A stretch of DNA of 64,000 bases, taken from contig CAZKYX010000002.1 in assembly GCA_964557125.1 (NCBI GenBank), positions 25,828 through 89,827 on the forward strand, written 5' to 3'. The notes under the pieces are model-generated. The model did not search any database and had not been told where the DNA came from. It was given only the letters and a program-made list of their open reading frames with translations. Below are positions 18,001 to 28,005 of the stretch, piece after piece (position 1 is the stretch's first letter; each line of letters opens with the position of its first letter). A program made the position numbers and the translations under genes. The DNA comes from an uncultured Gammaproteobacteria bacterium (GTDB lineage Bacteria; Patescibacteriota; Microgenomatia; Levybacterales; GWA1-39-11).

Positions 18001-21000
18001 GGTTACAGAAAGTGCTGCTGGAGTGTTGGTTGATGCTCCAACATATACACCTGTATCAAAATCAGATGACAAAATCAGGTCGCCTGAACCATTGGGCGTA
18101 ATAGTTAGAGGTAGATTTGTGCCCGTTGTAAGGACTGCTGCAGCATTTGAGAATGTTGTTGTTGCTCCTGCAACAGTCAAGTCACCGCCTGCTGTTAGTA
18201 GTCCTGTACCTGTTGTAATTGGTCTATTGGTAGTGGTATTGATTGAAAGGGTTGATGCGTGTGTTAAATTGAGAATTGGACTGGCACCGGTAAGACTAAT
18301 TGTGGTTGAAGCAAGTGAGGTTGTTGAACCATTTACGGTAAGATTTCCACCTAGGGTTGTAAGTCCTGTACCTGTTGTAATTGGTCTATTGGTAGTGGTA
18401 TTGATTGAAAGGGTTGATGCGTGTGTAAGGTCAATTGTTGGACTGTTTCCTGTCAGATTAATAACTGTTGAAGCAAGAGTTGTCGTCGAGCCATTTACTG
18501 AAAGGTTGCCGCCGGTAGTCAAAAGGCCTGTACCCGTCGTTATTGGCCTATTAGTAATCGTGTTAAAGTTAAGTGTACCTGCAACAGCTGTATCAATTAT
18601 TTGGCTTGCACCGGTAAATTGGATAACCTGGCTTGCAAGCTGAGTTACACCCGTAGTGCTCCCTCCAATTGTTAGGGTATTATTTCTGACAGATTGTATG
18701 CTCCCATTTCCTGACAGGTAAATTCCCTTATTTATATCGGTACCTGAAGTTGCAGAGACTGATGCTACAGGTGTAGCTGTACCATTTATATTGAGAACTG
18801 CGAATTTTGCAGAGCTTGAAGATGTGCTTCCAACAAGCAAATCTAAGGTATCGTTAATTGGTGATAATGCTCCGGATGAAAGCCTCCAATTTGAACCTGC
18901 TACACCACCTCCGCATGCACCCCAAGAAGCAGTCGCACCACCGATTAGACATTGTCCTGTGCCCGTTGATGCTGAAAGGGTAATTGGACCGCTTGCAAGA
19001 GTAAGACCGGTAAGACCTGATGCAACTCCTGCAGAGGAAAGATTGATGTTGCCTGCAACATTAAATGCATCATCCGTTTTGAGTGTGTCGCTTGCGGACC
19101 TGTAAAGCGTGACACCATTTGCATCAGTGCCGAACTGAATACCTGCAGCAGTCGTATTTATCTCATCCCAAGTCCCATCGCAGTCAAAACAAATTCCGTA
19201 GTTATTGTCTGCACCTTGTGGGACATCAAGGTATATCGAATATTGGGAAGTTGTCCCCGTTGTATTTGCAAATCCTTCCCACTGGACATTAAGACCATAA
19301 GAATTGACGACGGGTGAGCCTCCGAGTATGAAAGGTGCATCTGGGAGAGCATATAGAGCAGACATATTTACGGTCGTGCTTGTAGCTGCGGTTGTCCAGA
19401 AAGATGTTTCACCAACAATACTTTTTTCTACAATCGTGCCTCCAGAGCCATCACTACTAGCAGAAGCAAACCCATAAATAGCTGTAAGATTTCTGGATCC
19501 ACTTAAGTCTTCAGCTCCGACCGCTGATGAGTAAATCCCATATAGTCTTTCAGTTCCTGAAGATGATGTGGTTGAGACAGCATTTTTAATTCCATAACCA
19601 TTTCTATTAGTACTGCTGCCTGTAAGACTAAGTCCATTTTTGATACCAAAAAACGTGCCCTCATAGGATCCGCTGGTGTTATTGGATAAGTCAATGCCTG
19701 AAAATTCACCGTAGTCGTCTGTTGGTGTATGAGTAAGGTTAAGGTCAAGCAATTGGCCATATGTATCATTAGTAGTAATAGCAGTAGTGATATCTACTGC
19801 TTCTCCTGTAGTAAGAGAATTTGCTGCCAGTGATAATACCGTACCGGTTGTTGATGTGCTTGGGATACTGACAGTTCCTATGCCATCTTTGGGAAGAAGT
19901 ATAATATCTCCTGTTGTTGTGCCCCCCAATGTTAGTGCATTAAAGTCAGTCGATTGGACCGCTCTTCCTACACCTTCAAGTGTGAGATTTCCTGAAATTG
20001 TTGCAAAACCTCCAGCGCTCAAATTGTCATCTGTTCTTAGTGTGTCATTGGCTGCTCTATATAAATTAACCCCATTTGCATCAGTGCCGAATTGTATTCC
20101 TGAACCAACTGTATTTTGGTCCCAAGACCCATCACAGTCGAAGCATAGTCCATAATTATTATCTGCACCCGTTTGGGGTTCTAGGTAAATACCAAAAGCT
20201 GTTGAATTCCCAGTTGTTGAAGTATTAGGTTCAGAGATCATTAATCCGTAAAGTCCAATTGTTCCACCAGTTGTAAGCGAACCCTCGACAAATGCTTGGA
20301 GACCTATCACGTCAATTGTTGCTCCAGTATTATCGCTATCAGTACTATATGCAGAGTGAAAATAACCACCCGTAAGGTATATATTTGCATTTGTGTCACC
20401 TCCTCCATTTGCTAATACAGCAGAATATATTCCCGTTGCACTTCTTTCACCTGTTGATATGCTATTTGTAATATCAAGAGTTGAAGATATGCCGTTAAGG
20501 TTATCACCCAAGTTAGAAGAGTTTTGTATGTAATTTTGTATACCAATTATATCTTTGTTGCTTGCATTGGAGGTTACATTCAGCCGGTTATTTATTCCCA
20601 AAACATCACTATTGGCAATTGTTCCGCTATCATTAGTAGTTAGGTTAAAGCTGCTGAAAAGATCATTTGTTGTTGTTGGGGAGTGGGTAATGTTAATATC
20701 CATCGCGCTTGTATAACCTCCTGTCGTTGGTGAGAATGTACCAGATAAATCAAGAATCTTTCCTGTTTTGAAATTTGCTCCCTGGATAGATAGAGCTGCT
20801 CCAGAGCTGGCATAATAATCAATAAATGTAGAACCTGAAATATAAAGATTATTGTCTAGTGTCGCATCTCCTGAGACAGACAATACATTAGTGGCAAGAC
20901 TTGGTGCATTGACACCTGACGTTTCAATAACTGATAGAGTATCGTCTGTACTTGTAATATATGCAAAATTCTTATTGATAAATACTTGATGAACTTCATT

Positions 21001-24000
21001 CATATTTATTGCACCTACACCATTTTTTATAACAGCAGCTTCAGTTGGCGATACTGGATCTGATATATCTATAAGAGTCAATGAATCGTCTTGGGTACTA
21101 GCTACATATGCATACTTTCCGGATACATAGACTTCATCGGGTGAATTTAGCTCTGTTGCTCCAATACCGTCAGTGATGGTTCCAATTTCCATTGGCGAAA
21201 CTGGATTTGATATATCTATGATAGAAAGTGAGTTTTCGCCAGTCACATACGCATAGTCATCTTCTACATATACAGAAATAGCACCATCCAGTTTAGTAGC
21301 TCCGACACCGTCTTTAATTGTACTAAGTATATTTGGAGAGGCTGGATTGGTTACATCTATTATACTTAAAGAATCATCTATTAAACTTGTTACGTATATA
21401 TATCCGTTGGCAAAGTATAATCCATATGCTGCGTCTAATTCGGATGAAGTCAAAGTTCCAACCTCAGTTGGTGATGATGGGTTGGTCACATCAAATATTG
21501 ATAAAGCATCTTCGTTATCACTTGTTACATACGCATAACCGTTGTTAACAAATACTTTTCTGGCTCCATAAAGTTTTGTTGCTCCAATACCATCTTTTAT
21601 GGTACCTACTTCCGTTGGTGACGTCGGATCGGAGACATCAAATATAGACAGAGCAGCATCTTCATAACTCACAACATATGCATACTTTCCGACAACGAAT
21701 ACACCTGTTGGTTGATCAAGTTCTGTGGCTCCGGCACCATCTGTTATTGTTCCAATTTCAGTAGGGGATGTAGGATCTGATATATCTATAATTGATAGAG
21801 AATCTTCGCCAGTCACATATGCATAGCTTCGAGATATATAAACATCTTGTATTCCAGATAGTTTTGTTGCTCCCGCTCCTTCGGTTATGGTACCAACTTG
21901 AGATAGGTGAGGTGTTATTAATAAACCGCCACCAGCTATTGTAAGCTTTTTTGTAGGATTGATTGTGCCAATTCCGATATTTCCTCCTGATCCATTTTGA
22001 GGCATGACAATGAGATTGCCACTGATAGACGCAATGGCTGGACCTGTACCGTTCATATTTAGCACTGCAAATTTGGCGCTGGTAGTTGACTGTGCGCCAA
22101 GCAGAAAGTCTTGTGTTATATTCCCAGGTACAATTGCGCCTAAATTAGTTGTAAATGGTGAGTCTGTCCCCCCAGCAGAGCATGATCCCCAAGTGGGAGT
22201 TGTCCCTCCCAAAAGACATTGCGTACCTGTCCCGGCCGCCGCTTGATATACCTGTCCTGAGGCATTAGCGTAGATAATTCCACCGCTTTGCCCAGTAAAG
22301 GAGGATACATTTAATATTGAGCTAACCGTAACGTTTTCAGCAGTAAGAGTGCCGGCATTATCAAGCGTGACAGATCCAAGTATTGAGCCATTGGTAGTTC
22401 TGCTGAGCGTTGTCGAGGTATTGCCACTTGAAAGGGTGAAATAATCAGTTGCATCAGCGGTATTTGTGACTCTTAATGTGCCATTAACATCAAGCGTTGA
22501 GAGTGGAGAGCTGGTATTAATTCCAACATAACCTCCCGCATTGCGAGGGAGAAGTGCTATGTTACCAGTGGTGCTTCCTCCAAGACTAAGTGTGTTGTTT
22601 CGGGTCGTTTGAAGAGAGCCATCCCCTCCAAGAACTAATGCTTGTCCACCAGCATTTTGTGCTGAAACTGATGCAGTGGGTACTGTAGAACCGTTAATGT
22701 TGAGCACTGCAAATTTGGCACTTGTTGTTGCCTGAGAACCGAGAAGAAAATCTACCGTGGAATTAACTGGGACGATTGTGCCGGAAAGTACTTGGAAAGG
22801 TGAATTTGGTCCACTGGCACCGCAGCCGGTACAACCGGATGTAACGTTAAGCGTTGCAAAGGTTCCATTCCCACTCGAATCGATTATGGTAGAGCCTCCA
22901 ACGAGAAGACCACCTGAAACCAAATTGAAAGAATCACCACTTGAAAGATCAATCCTGTTGGCAGCTCCTCTAAAAAGCTGTGCGTCACCACCTAGTACTA
23001 TCCCTCCCGTTGAGCCTGTAATGGGGAGCTGAAATTGTCCCGCTTGAGTAAGTCTTGAGAGCTCAGTTGATACATTTTGAAATATAAAGTCAGCGTTGCT
23101 GGCACCCATTGTTTGAAAGGTAAGAGAGGTAATACCGCTGGTTTTTTGATTTTGAACAAGATAGGGGTCAACAATATCAGCAGTTATTTTTCCGCCACCA
23201 TTAGCTCCAACTATCAAATTGCCATTATTATCAATTCGAAGAACCGTTCTTCCGGCTTGGCTTGCTACAATAATGTCACCAATGCCTGCATTATCAACAA
23301 GAAGAGAGGCAAATGAAGAGCGTGCAGAAATTGAGGCAGTTCCCGTCGTGCCCGTCAGTCCTCTTACATCAAGTGCCAACTTAGTAAAGGGGGATGAGGT
23401 ATTAATACCAATTCTTCCGTCATTGGCAATAAAGAGGCGAGAGATTAGTCCGGCATCCCCTTGACCTGTGGAAGCGGTTTGGAAATTAAGGCTTCCCCCA
23501 TTGAGAACATTAAATAGAGCAGAAGGGGCAGAGCCTGTTGGCACTTGAAGAGAAAGATTGCCGGAAAATGAGGCTGTAGGGGTTCCTCCTGTGTTAATTC
23601 CAGTAAAGGCAATTTTGGCTGTTGAGGTAGCAACACCTCCTATTAGCAAATCAAGTGTGTCATTGATAGGGGATAGTGCACCATTGGTAAGTCTGAAAAA
23701 GCTACTTCCACCGCTGCCGCTTCCCATTTGGGTCCAAGATGTACCGTTGCAGTAGTAGTAGGTATTTGCGGGCCCGTCATAATACATTCTTCCGGCAGTT
23801 GCAACAGCACAGGCTCCGGCATCTGATTGGATGGATGGACCAAGTGATAAAGTTGATGAAATAGAGGCTGTTCCAGCTACATCAAGGGTAAAGTTGGCTG
23901 TTCTTTTACCGATAGCTACATTTCCATTGGTATCAATTACAAATTTTGTTGTTCCGCCTTGGCTAGCAGTAAAGATATCTCCCCCCACACTTTGATTGTT

Positions 24001-25887
24001 AACGATAAATGCGGCTGTTGCTGATTCTGAGGCCAATACAGCAAATTTGTCATCAATTTCTACAGCTCCTTGGCTGATGTTGCCAGTCGTACCAAGATTT
24101 ATCAGCGGCTTTTCAAGATCAATTTTTCCCAGCCCATCAGGTATTAGGATAATATTTCCACCAGATGATGAATTAGTTGCCAAGACAAGCGGTTGTCCGG
24201 ACAGCTTAAATTGACCTCCTGATGCGGTAAAAGTAGGAGCAGCACTTCCGCCGATTGTAAGATTTCCTGATGCATCTAAGGCCAAAACAACATTGGTGGT
24301 TGCAGCGGTTCCAGTAATAGGCGGAAGGCCTTGTAAGAATTCTGAGTTGGTAGCATAGGCAACTGTTGCTATTCTTTGCCGAGGGGTTAGCTCAGGTGTT
24401 GAGGCTATAGTAACACCAAGCCATGTATTTATGTTGTCAGAGAATACCGTTGTTGGGATAACCGTACCATTTCCAAGAATTACTGAGAATATACCGTCTT
24501 GATCTGGTGTAACACTGGTGAGTACCTCCTGCCAGAGGAGTGCGGCTCCAGATGCGGAAGCATCATCGTAAATAGCAAAACGAATATTTGTCGAAGTTGT
24601 TATAGGATTGTCTAAGTTATCAGTAAGCCTTCCTTGAAATGACAAAACACGAGGTGGAGCAACAGGTGCAGCGAAAGATGGCAGTATGTCTTTGTTACCA
24701 ACAAGGTTTTGGTACAGTGCAATCCCCACCCCTGAGGCAAAGACTATCAATATTGCAAAATGAAGGTAGTGGGAAAATGTATAGGTATGATATTTTTTGT
24801 ACCAATCTGGTCTGGTATGACGCATATGATGCCATATTCTTTTGTGAAAAGGGGAGCCTTGAAGCTGAATTGCTTGAGGTGCATAAAACTCTTTTTTAAT
24901 ATTGCGTATTCCAAGTAGATCGTGAAGTTTTAACTTTCTTTGAAACTCTAAGACTTTTTTTGCGTTAAGGGTTTTTTGTGCAACGTTAAGAGGTAGCGTG
25001 TTAAGCGCCTTCTTGCCAGTTATCATAAGCGCTATTGCCTGCGCTGTTTTTTCTTCAAAAAGAAGATAGGGGAGAACAAGGGTTTTTTGAAGGAGTCTAA
25101 GGGGGGCAAATTTTGAATAAGAGATACTGACTGGTTCATTTACCGCTGCTGTTTTTGTTTTGATGTCAGATAGCGCTATGGTTGGCTCAACAGCTTCAAG
25201 TTTTGCTTCAACTGAGGACAGTATTATTTCTTGTGGAGAAATGAGATTTTGCTTGGTAGCAAATTCCAGATATCGTCTGAGAGAGGAGAGCTTGCGATTG
25301 ATGGTTCTTGGAGCAGCTCCTTGGATATCAAGAAGTCTTTTTTTGTAACCATCCAATACCTCTTGGTTAATATGATAAAAATTTGCCTGCTTTGTTAATG
25401 GATTTTCAAGAGTTGGTAGGACTGCGGTTTCAAACCATCTGGCAAAATTTTGTATGTCATTGATATAGTTCTTTATAGTTAGATGCGATGAGCCAAAGAC
25501 ATAGAGGTAGTCTTTAAAATCTTGGATATGCCAGAGATCGGGTTGTAGGTTGTAGGTTGTAGGTTGTAGCAAGAAGGGATTTGCTTCAATTACCTTTTCT
25601 TTCACAAGCATTGTGCTCAGTTTGCGAATGGAGGATATGTGTCGGTTGATTGAACGTAGCGATATGCCTTCTTGCACAACTCCGTATTTGATAGCCCCAC
25701 CTTGTGTCTGCTTGTAGAGCTGAATAGTATCCTCTGAAATGTCGGTTGGGCTAATTGTTCTTCCAGTTGTCCTTTCAAACCACTGAATAAAATGGCGAAT
25801 ATCAGAAAGATAATTTTTTAAGGTGATTGGTGATACCTTTTTCTTTTCTGAAAGTAGTTGTGATTTAAAGAATTCTAGTAGTTCCAT
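15076..25887 (-). CDS. Giant surface protein (3603 aa): two N-terminal integrase SAM-like domains, a TM, then repeat-rich ectodomain with LVIVD-type repeats
   Basis: N-terminal ITLKNYLSDIRHFIQWF and LTIKNYINDIQNFARWF...RTINRKLSSLRRYL. TM YLHFAILIVFASGVGIALY. Eight repeats of LSIIDISDPTSPTEIGT type. Recurrent SAKFAVLNINGS modules. Confidence 0.9.
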   Translation of the reverse strand: MELLEFFKSQLLSEKKKVSPITLKNYLSDIRHFIQWFERTTGRTISPTDISEDTIQLYKQTQGGAIKYGVVQEGISLRSINRHISSIRKLSTMLVKEKVIEANPFLLQPTTYNLQPDLWHIQDFKDYLYVFGSSHLTIKNYINDIQNFARWFETAVLPTLENPLTKQANFYHINQEVLDGYKKRLLDIQGAAPRTINRKLSSLRRYLEFATKQNLISPQEIILSSVEAKLEAVEPTIALSDIKTKTAAVNEPVSISYSKFAPLRLLQKTLVLPYLLFEEKTAQAIALMITGKKALNTLPLNVAQKTLNAKKVLEFQRKLKLHDLLGIRNIKKEFYAPQAIQLQGSPFHKRIWHHMRHTRPDWYKKYHTYTFSHYLHFAILIVFASGVGIALYQNLVGNKDILPSFAAPVAPPRVLSFQGRLTDNLDNPITTSTNIRFAIYDDASASGAALLWQEVLTSVTPDQDGIFSVILGNGTVIPTTVFSDNINTWLGVTIASTPELTPRQRIATVAYATNSEFLQGLPPITGTAATTNVVLALDASGNLTIGGSAAPTFTASGGQFKLSGQPLVLATNSSSGGNIILIPDGLGKIDLEKPLINLGTTGNISQGAVEIDDKFAVLASESATAAFIVNNQSVGGDIFTASQGGTTKFVIDTNGNVAIGKRTANFTLDVAGTASISSTLSLGPSIQSDAGACAVATAGRMYYDGPANTYYYCNGTSWTQMGSGSGGSSFFRLTNGALSPINDTLDLLIGGVATSTAKIAFTGINTGGTPTASFSGNLSLQVPTGSAPSALFNVLNGGSLNFQTASTGQGDAGLISRLFIANDGRIGINTSSPFTKLALDVRGLTGTTGTASISARSSFASLLVDNAGIGDIIVASQAGRTVLRIDNNGNLIVGANGGGKITADIVDPYLVQNQKTSGITSLTFQTMGASNADFIFQNVSTELSRLTQAGQFQLPITGSTGGIVLGGDAQLFRGAANRIDLSSGDSFNLVSGGLLVGGSTIIDSSGNGTFATLNVTSGCTGCGASGPNSPFQVLSGTIVPVNSTVDFLLGSQATTSAKFAVLNINGSTVPTASVSAQNAGGQALVLGGDGSLQTTRNNTLSLGGSTTGNIALLPRNAGGYVGINTSSPLSTLDVNGTLRVTNTADATDYFTLSSGNTSTTLSRTTNGSILGSVTLDNAGTLTAENVTVSSILNVSSFTGQSGGIIYANASGQVYQAAAGTGTQCLLGGTTPTWGSCSAGGTDSPFTTNLGAIVPGNITQDFLLGAQSTTSAKFAVLNMNGTGPAIASISGNLIVMPQNGSGGNIGIGTINPTKKLTIAGGGLLITPHLSQVGTITEGAGATKLSGIQDVYISRSYAYVTGEDSLSIIDISDPTSPTEIGTITDGAGATELDQPTGVFVVGKYAYVVSYEDAALSIFDVSDPTSPTEVGTIKDGIGATKLYGARKVFVNNGYAYVTSDNEDALSIFDVTNPSSPTEVGTLTSSELDAAYGLYFANGYIYVTSLIDDSLSIIDVTNPASPNILSTIKDGVGATKLDGAISVYVEDDYAYVTGENSLSIIDISNPVSPMEIGTITDGIGATELNSPDEVYVSGKYAYVASTQDDSLTLIDISDPVSPTEAAVIKNGVGAINMNEVHQVFINKNFAYITSTDDTLSVIETSGVNAPSLATNVLSVSGDATLDNNLYISGSTFIDYYASSGAALSIQGANFKTGKILDLSGTFSPTTGGYTSAMDINITHSPTTTNDLFSSFNLTTNDSGTIANSDVLGINNRLNVTSNASNKDIIGIQNYIQNSSNLGDNLNGISSTLDITNSISTGERSATGIYSAVLANGGGDTNANIYLTGGYFHSAYSTDSDNTGATIDVIGLQAFVEGSLTTGGTIGLYGLMISEPNTSTTGNSTAFGIYLEPQTGADNNYGLCFDCDGSWDQNTVGSGIQFGTDANGVNLYRAANDTLRTDDNLSAGGFATISGNLTLEGVGRAVQSTDFNALTLGGTTTGDIILLPKDGIGTVSIPSTSTTGTVLSLAANSLTTGEAVDITTAITTNDTYGQLLDLNLTHTPTDDYGEFSGIDLSNNTSGSYEGTFFGIKNGLSLTGSSTNRNGYGIKNAVSTTSSSGTERLYGIYSSAVGAEDLSGSRNLTAIYGFASASSDGSGGTIVEKSIVGETSFWTTAATSTTVNMSALYALPDAPFILGGSPVVNSYGLNVQWEGFANTTGTTSQYSIYLDVPQGADNNYGICFDCDGTWDEINTTAAGIQFGTDANGVTLYRSASDTLKTDDAFNVAGNINLSSAGVASGLTGLTLASGPITLSASTGTGQCLIGGATASWGACGGGVAGSNWRLSSGALSPINDTLDLLVGSTSSSSAKFAVLNINGTATPVASVSATSGTDINKGIYLSGNGSIQSVRNNTLTIGGSTTGVTQLASQVIQFTGASQIIDTAVAGTLNFNTITNRPITTGTGLLTTGGNLSVNGSTTTLASTVINLTGNSPTIDLTHASTLSINTTTNRPITTGTGLTTLGGNLTVNGSTTSLASTTISLTGASPILNLTHASTLSINTTTNRPITTGTGLLTAGGDLTVAGATTTFSNAAAVLTTGTNLPLTITPNGSGDLILSSDFDTGVYVGASTNTPAALSVTGGIGSNAGFIINRVGLNNDIIAASSAGVTRFVVKNDGTASSAAGFAVDAAAGLQSTRNQTLVLGGSSTGDINIVPRNGSGVLNLQLSSTNGLRMNGTFGAAVTGGNTCISDVVNGIVTGTVACAGGGGGSSNWRITTNTGALSPINNTLDILIGAQATSSAKFSVLNINGSASPFASVSATLASGGSGNGISIGGDGTLQTVRNNTLVLGGTTTGDIWFKPANNLGSLFLTSNGKVNIGTLQSPTGSIFGGKLNVFSNDAGPVASFSGRTSYAALVVDQASGSGDLIAASRSGQNVFRVFNDGTVDVGPAATGKLNAGTVDPPYTIDGQGYATYMPSMVGVKEEYTGKVVLGYDNSVGGYAYKLDFNHFEYQSGHWVFNRIIDPDISNVSVLLSPNSQAKTWYKKDGANRTITLFADRPVEISYRLTAPRFDHDKWKTYTGVIKGHIAPPPTVNGSSANDNNIGADPYYNTLTINRESGQWVLKDVNNNNVNQMEAYGKVFVAQIKSGLVNTRELITDTFQASTASISTLTGNSFNFASGTISSLNSSMSNLGNATASSLNISTENISIAGISLKNYINQTVTQLLASGNFTSPVADSEQIRTNIISPTGNNGTIALNIESNNIKLKNTTTGKVVAQINDNGDASFSGTLSSEVALFESASISGSLATGSLTTNDATISGTLYANNIDGLDTRIANQLQNQQQASLSGNLASGNVDSLHVGNLTADYGIFEQGIVALGPATFTSLTAMEQISIGDSFVIGDNAINTLGADLEIQPLRQGGVNFLAGLVKIDTNGNMDIAGNLNVLGNIAAQNGVFNGILTANSIATNLISPLADNALVIARSPNSVIASGSAAISSDNLLDVRGSLSASGSGTFAKLNFNIVGQAHATSDLEATATGSAGFATLKKNKPELTIYNPNVTEDSLIYITPFGDTQNKVLYLLRQVPDSEFESGSFTVGVSGPVINKDIQFNYLIVN
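25541..25568. repeat. (GGTTGTA)4 heptamer array inside the giant CDS
   Basis: Encodes LQPTTYNLQP in the linker between the two SAM-like domains. The same array is intergenic at 40914 and, as its complement, at 42281. Confidence 0.85.
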
Positions 25888-26645
25888 GGGCAGTTATAGT
25901 ATTAGTGTGAAAAGTGTTTTTGAGAGTTTTCATCTCCCGTGAAAAAGTTAACAAAAATGGGTGCGGTGGTATTCCCGAAAAAATAGTACTTAGCCTCAAA
26001 ATTATACTGATTATATCGATTATACATAGCCTCATTCCAGATTAAAGAATATTTATTATGATGTCAAGGGCCTAGAGTAGTTAGATGATACTCATTGATA
26101 TGCTTAGTACTATTCATGAAAAAATATAGGCCAAAATATGCTCAATTTTCCCAATGTAAAAATATATTTAGTGACTTTCCACGGCTTTCGGGAATAAATA
26201 TGTCAGATTACGGTAATTCGGGGATACTATATCAAACTATAAAATAGTATCTTTTTTGGGGCTGATATAGTTAGACCTAATCATACAATATCAAGCGTTA
26301 ATTAGGTGTAATTGCCATCAAATTCTGTAAATTGTTTTCACAGAGCAGGCTGAATGTCGATAAAAAAATAACTATTGGTTTTTGTGATGTCTTGTTATGA
26401 AAAGAAAACCGTCCATATTTAATAAATATCGGCCTTTATTTATCAGTAGCCATTTGTGAGTGATTTTAATTGGCATATATGCTTTGGACTGCTATAACAA
26501 TCTAATCGCGGATATTTACTGAGAGAGACTGAAAAAGTGTAGAACTATAGTAAATATATTTATCTTTTTAGGGGTTTTGTATATACGATACATACAAAAA
26601 TAACTTAGTTACTATGAGTTAACAAAATGTGGTAATTGATAGGAG

Positions 26646-27623
26646 TTAGATTTTTCTCTTAACTTTGAGATAGATGCTGATACCTACAAATATCAAGATG
26701 ATAAGCACAAAATAGAGATACGTTGGAAAGGCAAAAAATGAAGTTGAGGCTGTAGTTGTACTGTTTTCATCGAGTTGAATAGCAACGGTTGCTTTATAGT
26801 ACCCAAGCAGGAAATTCTCAGGCCAGAAGACGATTGGATTGGCTACTTTTACTTTTGCAACTTCTGAAAGATATTTTTCATTTGTACCTACCTGATTTGC
26901 ATCAACAAGATATCTTTCCGAATTGGCAAGTACATACTGTGGAAGAATTTTTATGTTCGCTATCTTTTTACCAAATAGATTTTTTATAGTTATTGAACCT
27001 GTTGGGACAATCAGATGTGGGCTATCATTTTGCAAAAGTAGGTTGAAAGGTACTGGTCCTGAAGAAAAGAAAGGTTTTGTTTTGAATTCTGAAATAATGC
27101 CGCTTGAGGATAGCTTGGGTCCAATTGAGACGAGAATATTTGTTCCAATGCCTGCAGGTATTTGACTTGCATTCGTATCGCTGAGCTCAATACCTTCAGA
27201 AAGAAATACAAGTGAAAAGTAATAATCGCCAGCAGGATCTCCTTTGTCCAAATTTATATTTATCGTAAGGTCTCGAGTTTCATTTGGGGCCAAGGTAAGC
27301 CTATTAATTTTTTTCCCGTTATCGAGTATTTGAATCTTTCTTTTAATAGCTTGAGGTAGACTATCTTCATTGTCAGGCAAATACTCAATAGTCCCATTCT
27401 TTTCATCAGTCATTTTGATGGGTAGCAGTTGTATTTTGAGCTCAGCAGGAAGATCCTCAAAGTTTTGGATAGCTACGGTTGTTTCAGGTGAGGATGGGGG
27501 GGTAGCTTGAATTTCAATAACTGACGGGAATATACCAAGAGAGAGTGCTTCAGCACTGATAGGTTTTGTAGACAATTTGGAAAGGAAGAGTAGTAGTATT
27601 AAGAAAATCACTAGTTTTTTCAT
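26646..27623 (-). CDS. DUF916/DUF3324-like cell-surface protein with C-terminal TM anchor
   Basis: Signal peptide, two beta-sandwich-like halves, C-terminal TM plus KVKRKI. Same architecture as 54582-55565. Confidence 0.6.
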   Translation of the reverse strand: MKKLVIFLILLLFLSKLSTKPISAEALSLGIFPSVIEIQATPPSSPETTVAIQNFEDLPAELKIQLLPIKMTDEKNGTIEYLPDNEDSLPQAIKRKIQILDNGKKINRLTLAPNETRDLTININLDKGDPAGDYYFSLVFLSEGIELSDTNASQIPAGIGTNILVSIGPKLSSSGIISEFKTKPFFSSGPVPFNLLLQNDSPHLIVPTGSITIKNLFGKKIANIKILPQYVLANSERYLVDANQVGTNEKYLSEVAKVKVANPIVFWPENFLLGYYKATVAIQLDENSTTTASTSFFAFPTYLYFVLIILIFVGISIYLKVKRKI

Positions 27624-28005
27624 AGATATCTCTACTATAGCATTTTCGAAAGTCTCATTCAGGATGTGTTTGCGGTATTAAATCATTTGAAGTCAATTTT
27701 CTAGTATTTTTCAGTAAATGCGGTAAATCAATGGATAAATGAGGGGATTGTTTCATGAAAAAGAGAGACGAGATTTACAAAAATCTTGCCAAAATTGGCA
27801 ATACATCAAAGTATATCAATATTTAAGTGCCTATACTATACCTCTAAATGGCAATTAAAATACGCGAGTGATAACCTTTCAAAATAGCACTTTGGATTGA
27901 TATAACGGTCTAATCTTGTTTTGGATAAAAGAGAGTAGAGAAGTTGTACGAGTGATTATACAGGGTAGAAATGATGTTCCTTTTGGGAATCTAGCTTCAA
28001 AAATA

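Noticed and set aside
17282-18643. A 453-aa ORF and many 60-120-aa ORFs antisense to the 3603-aa gene (for example 15287-15571, 18791-19105, 19787-20155, 22757-23032).
   Set aside because: They lie entirely inside a much longer, domain-rich ORF on the other strand. The Gly/Thr/Ser/Ala-rich repeats of that ORF tend to leave the complement free of stops. They have no RBS and no independent motif.
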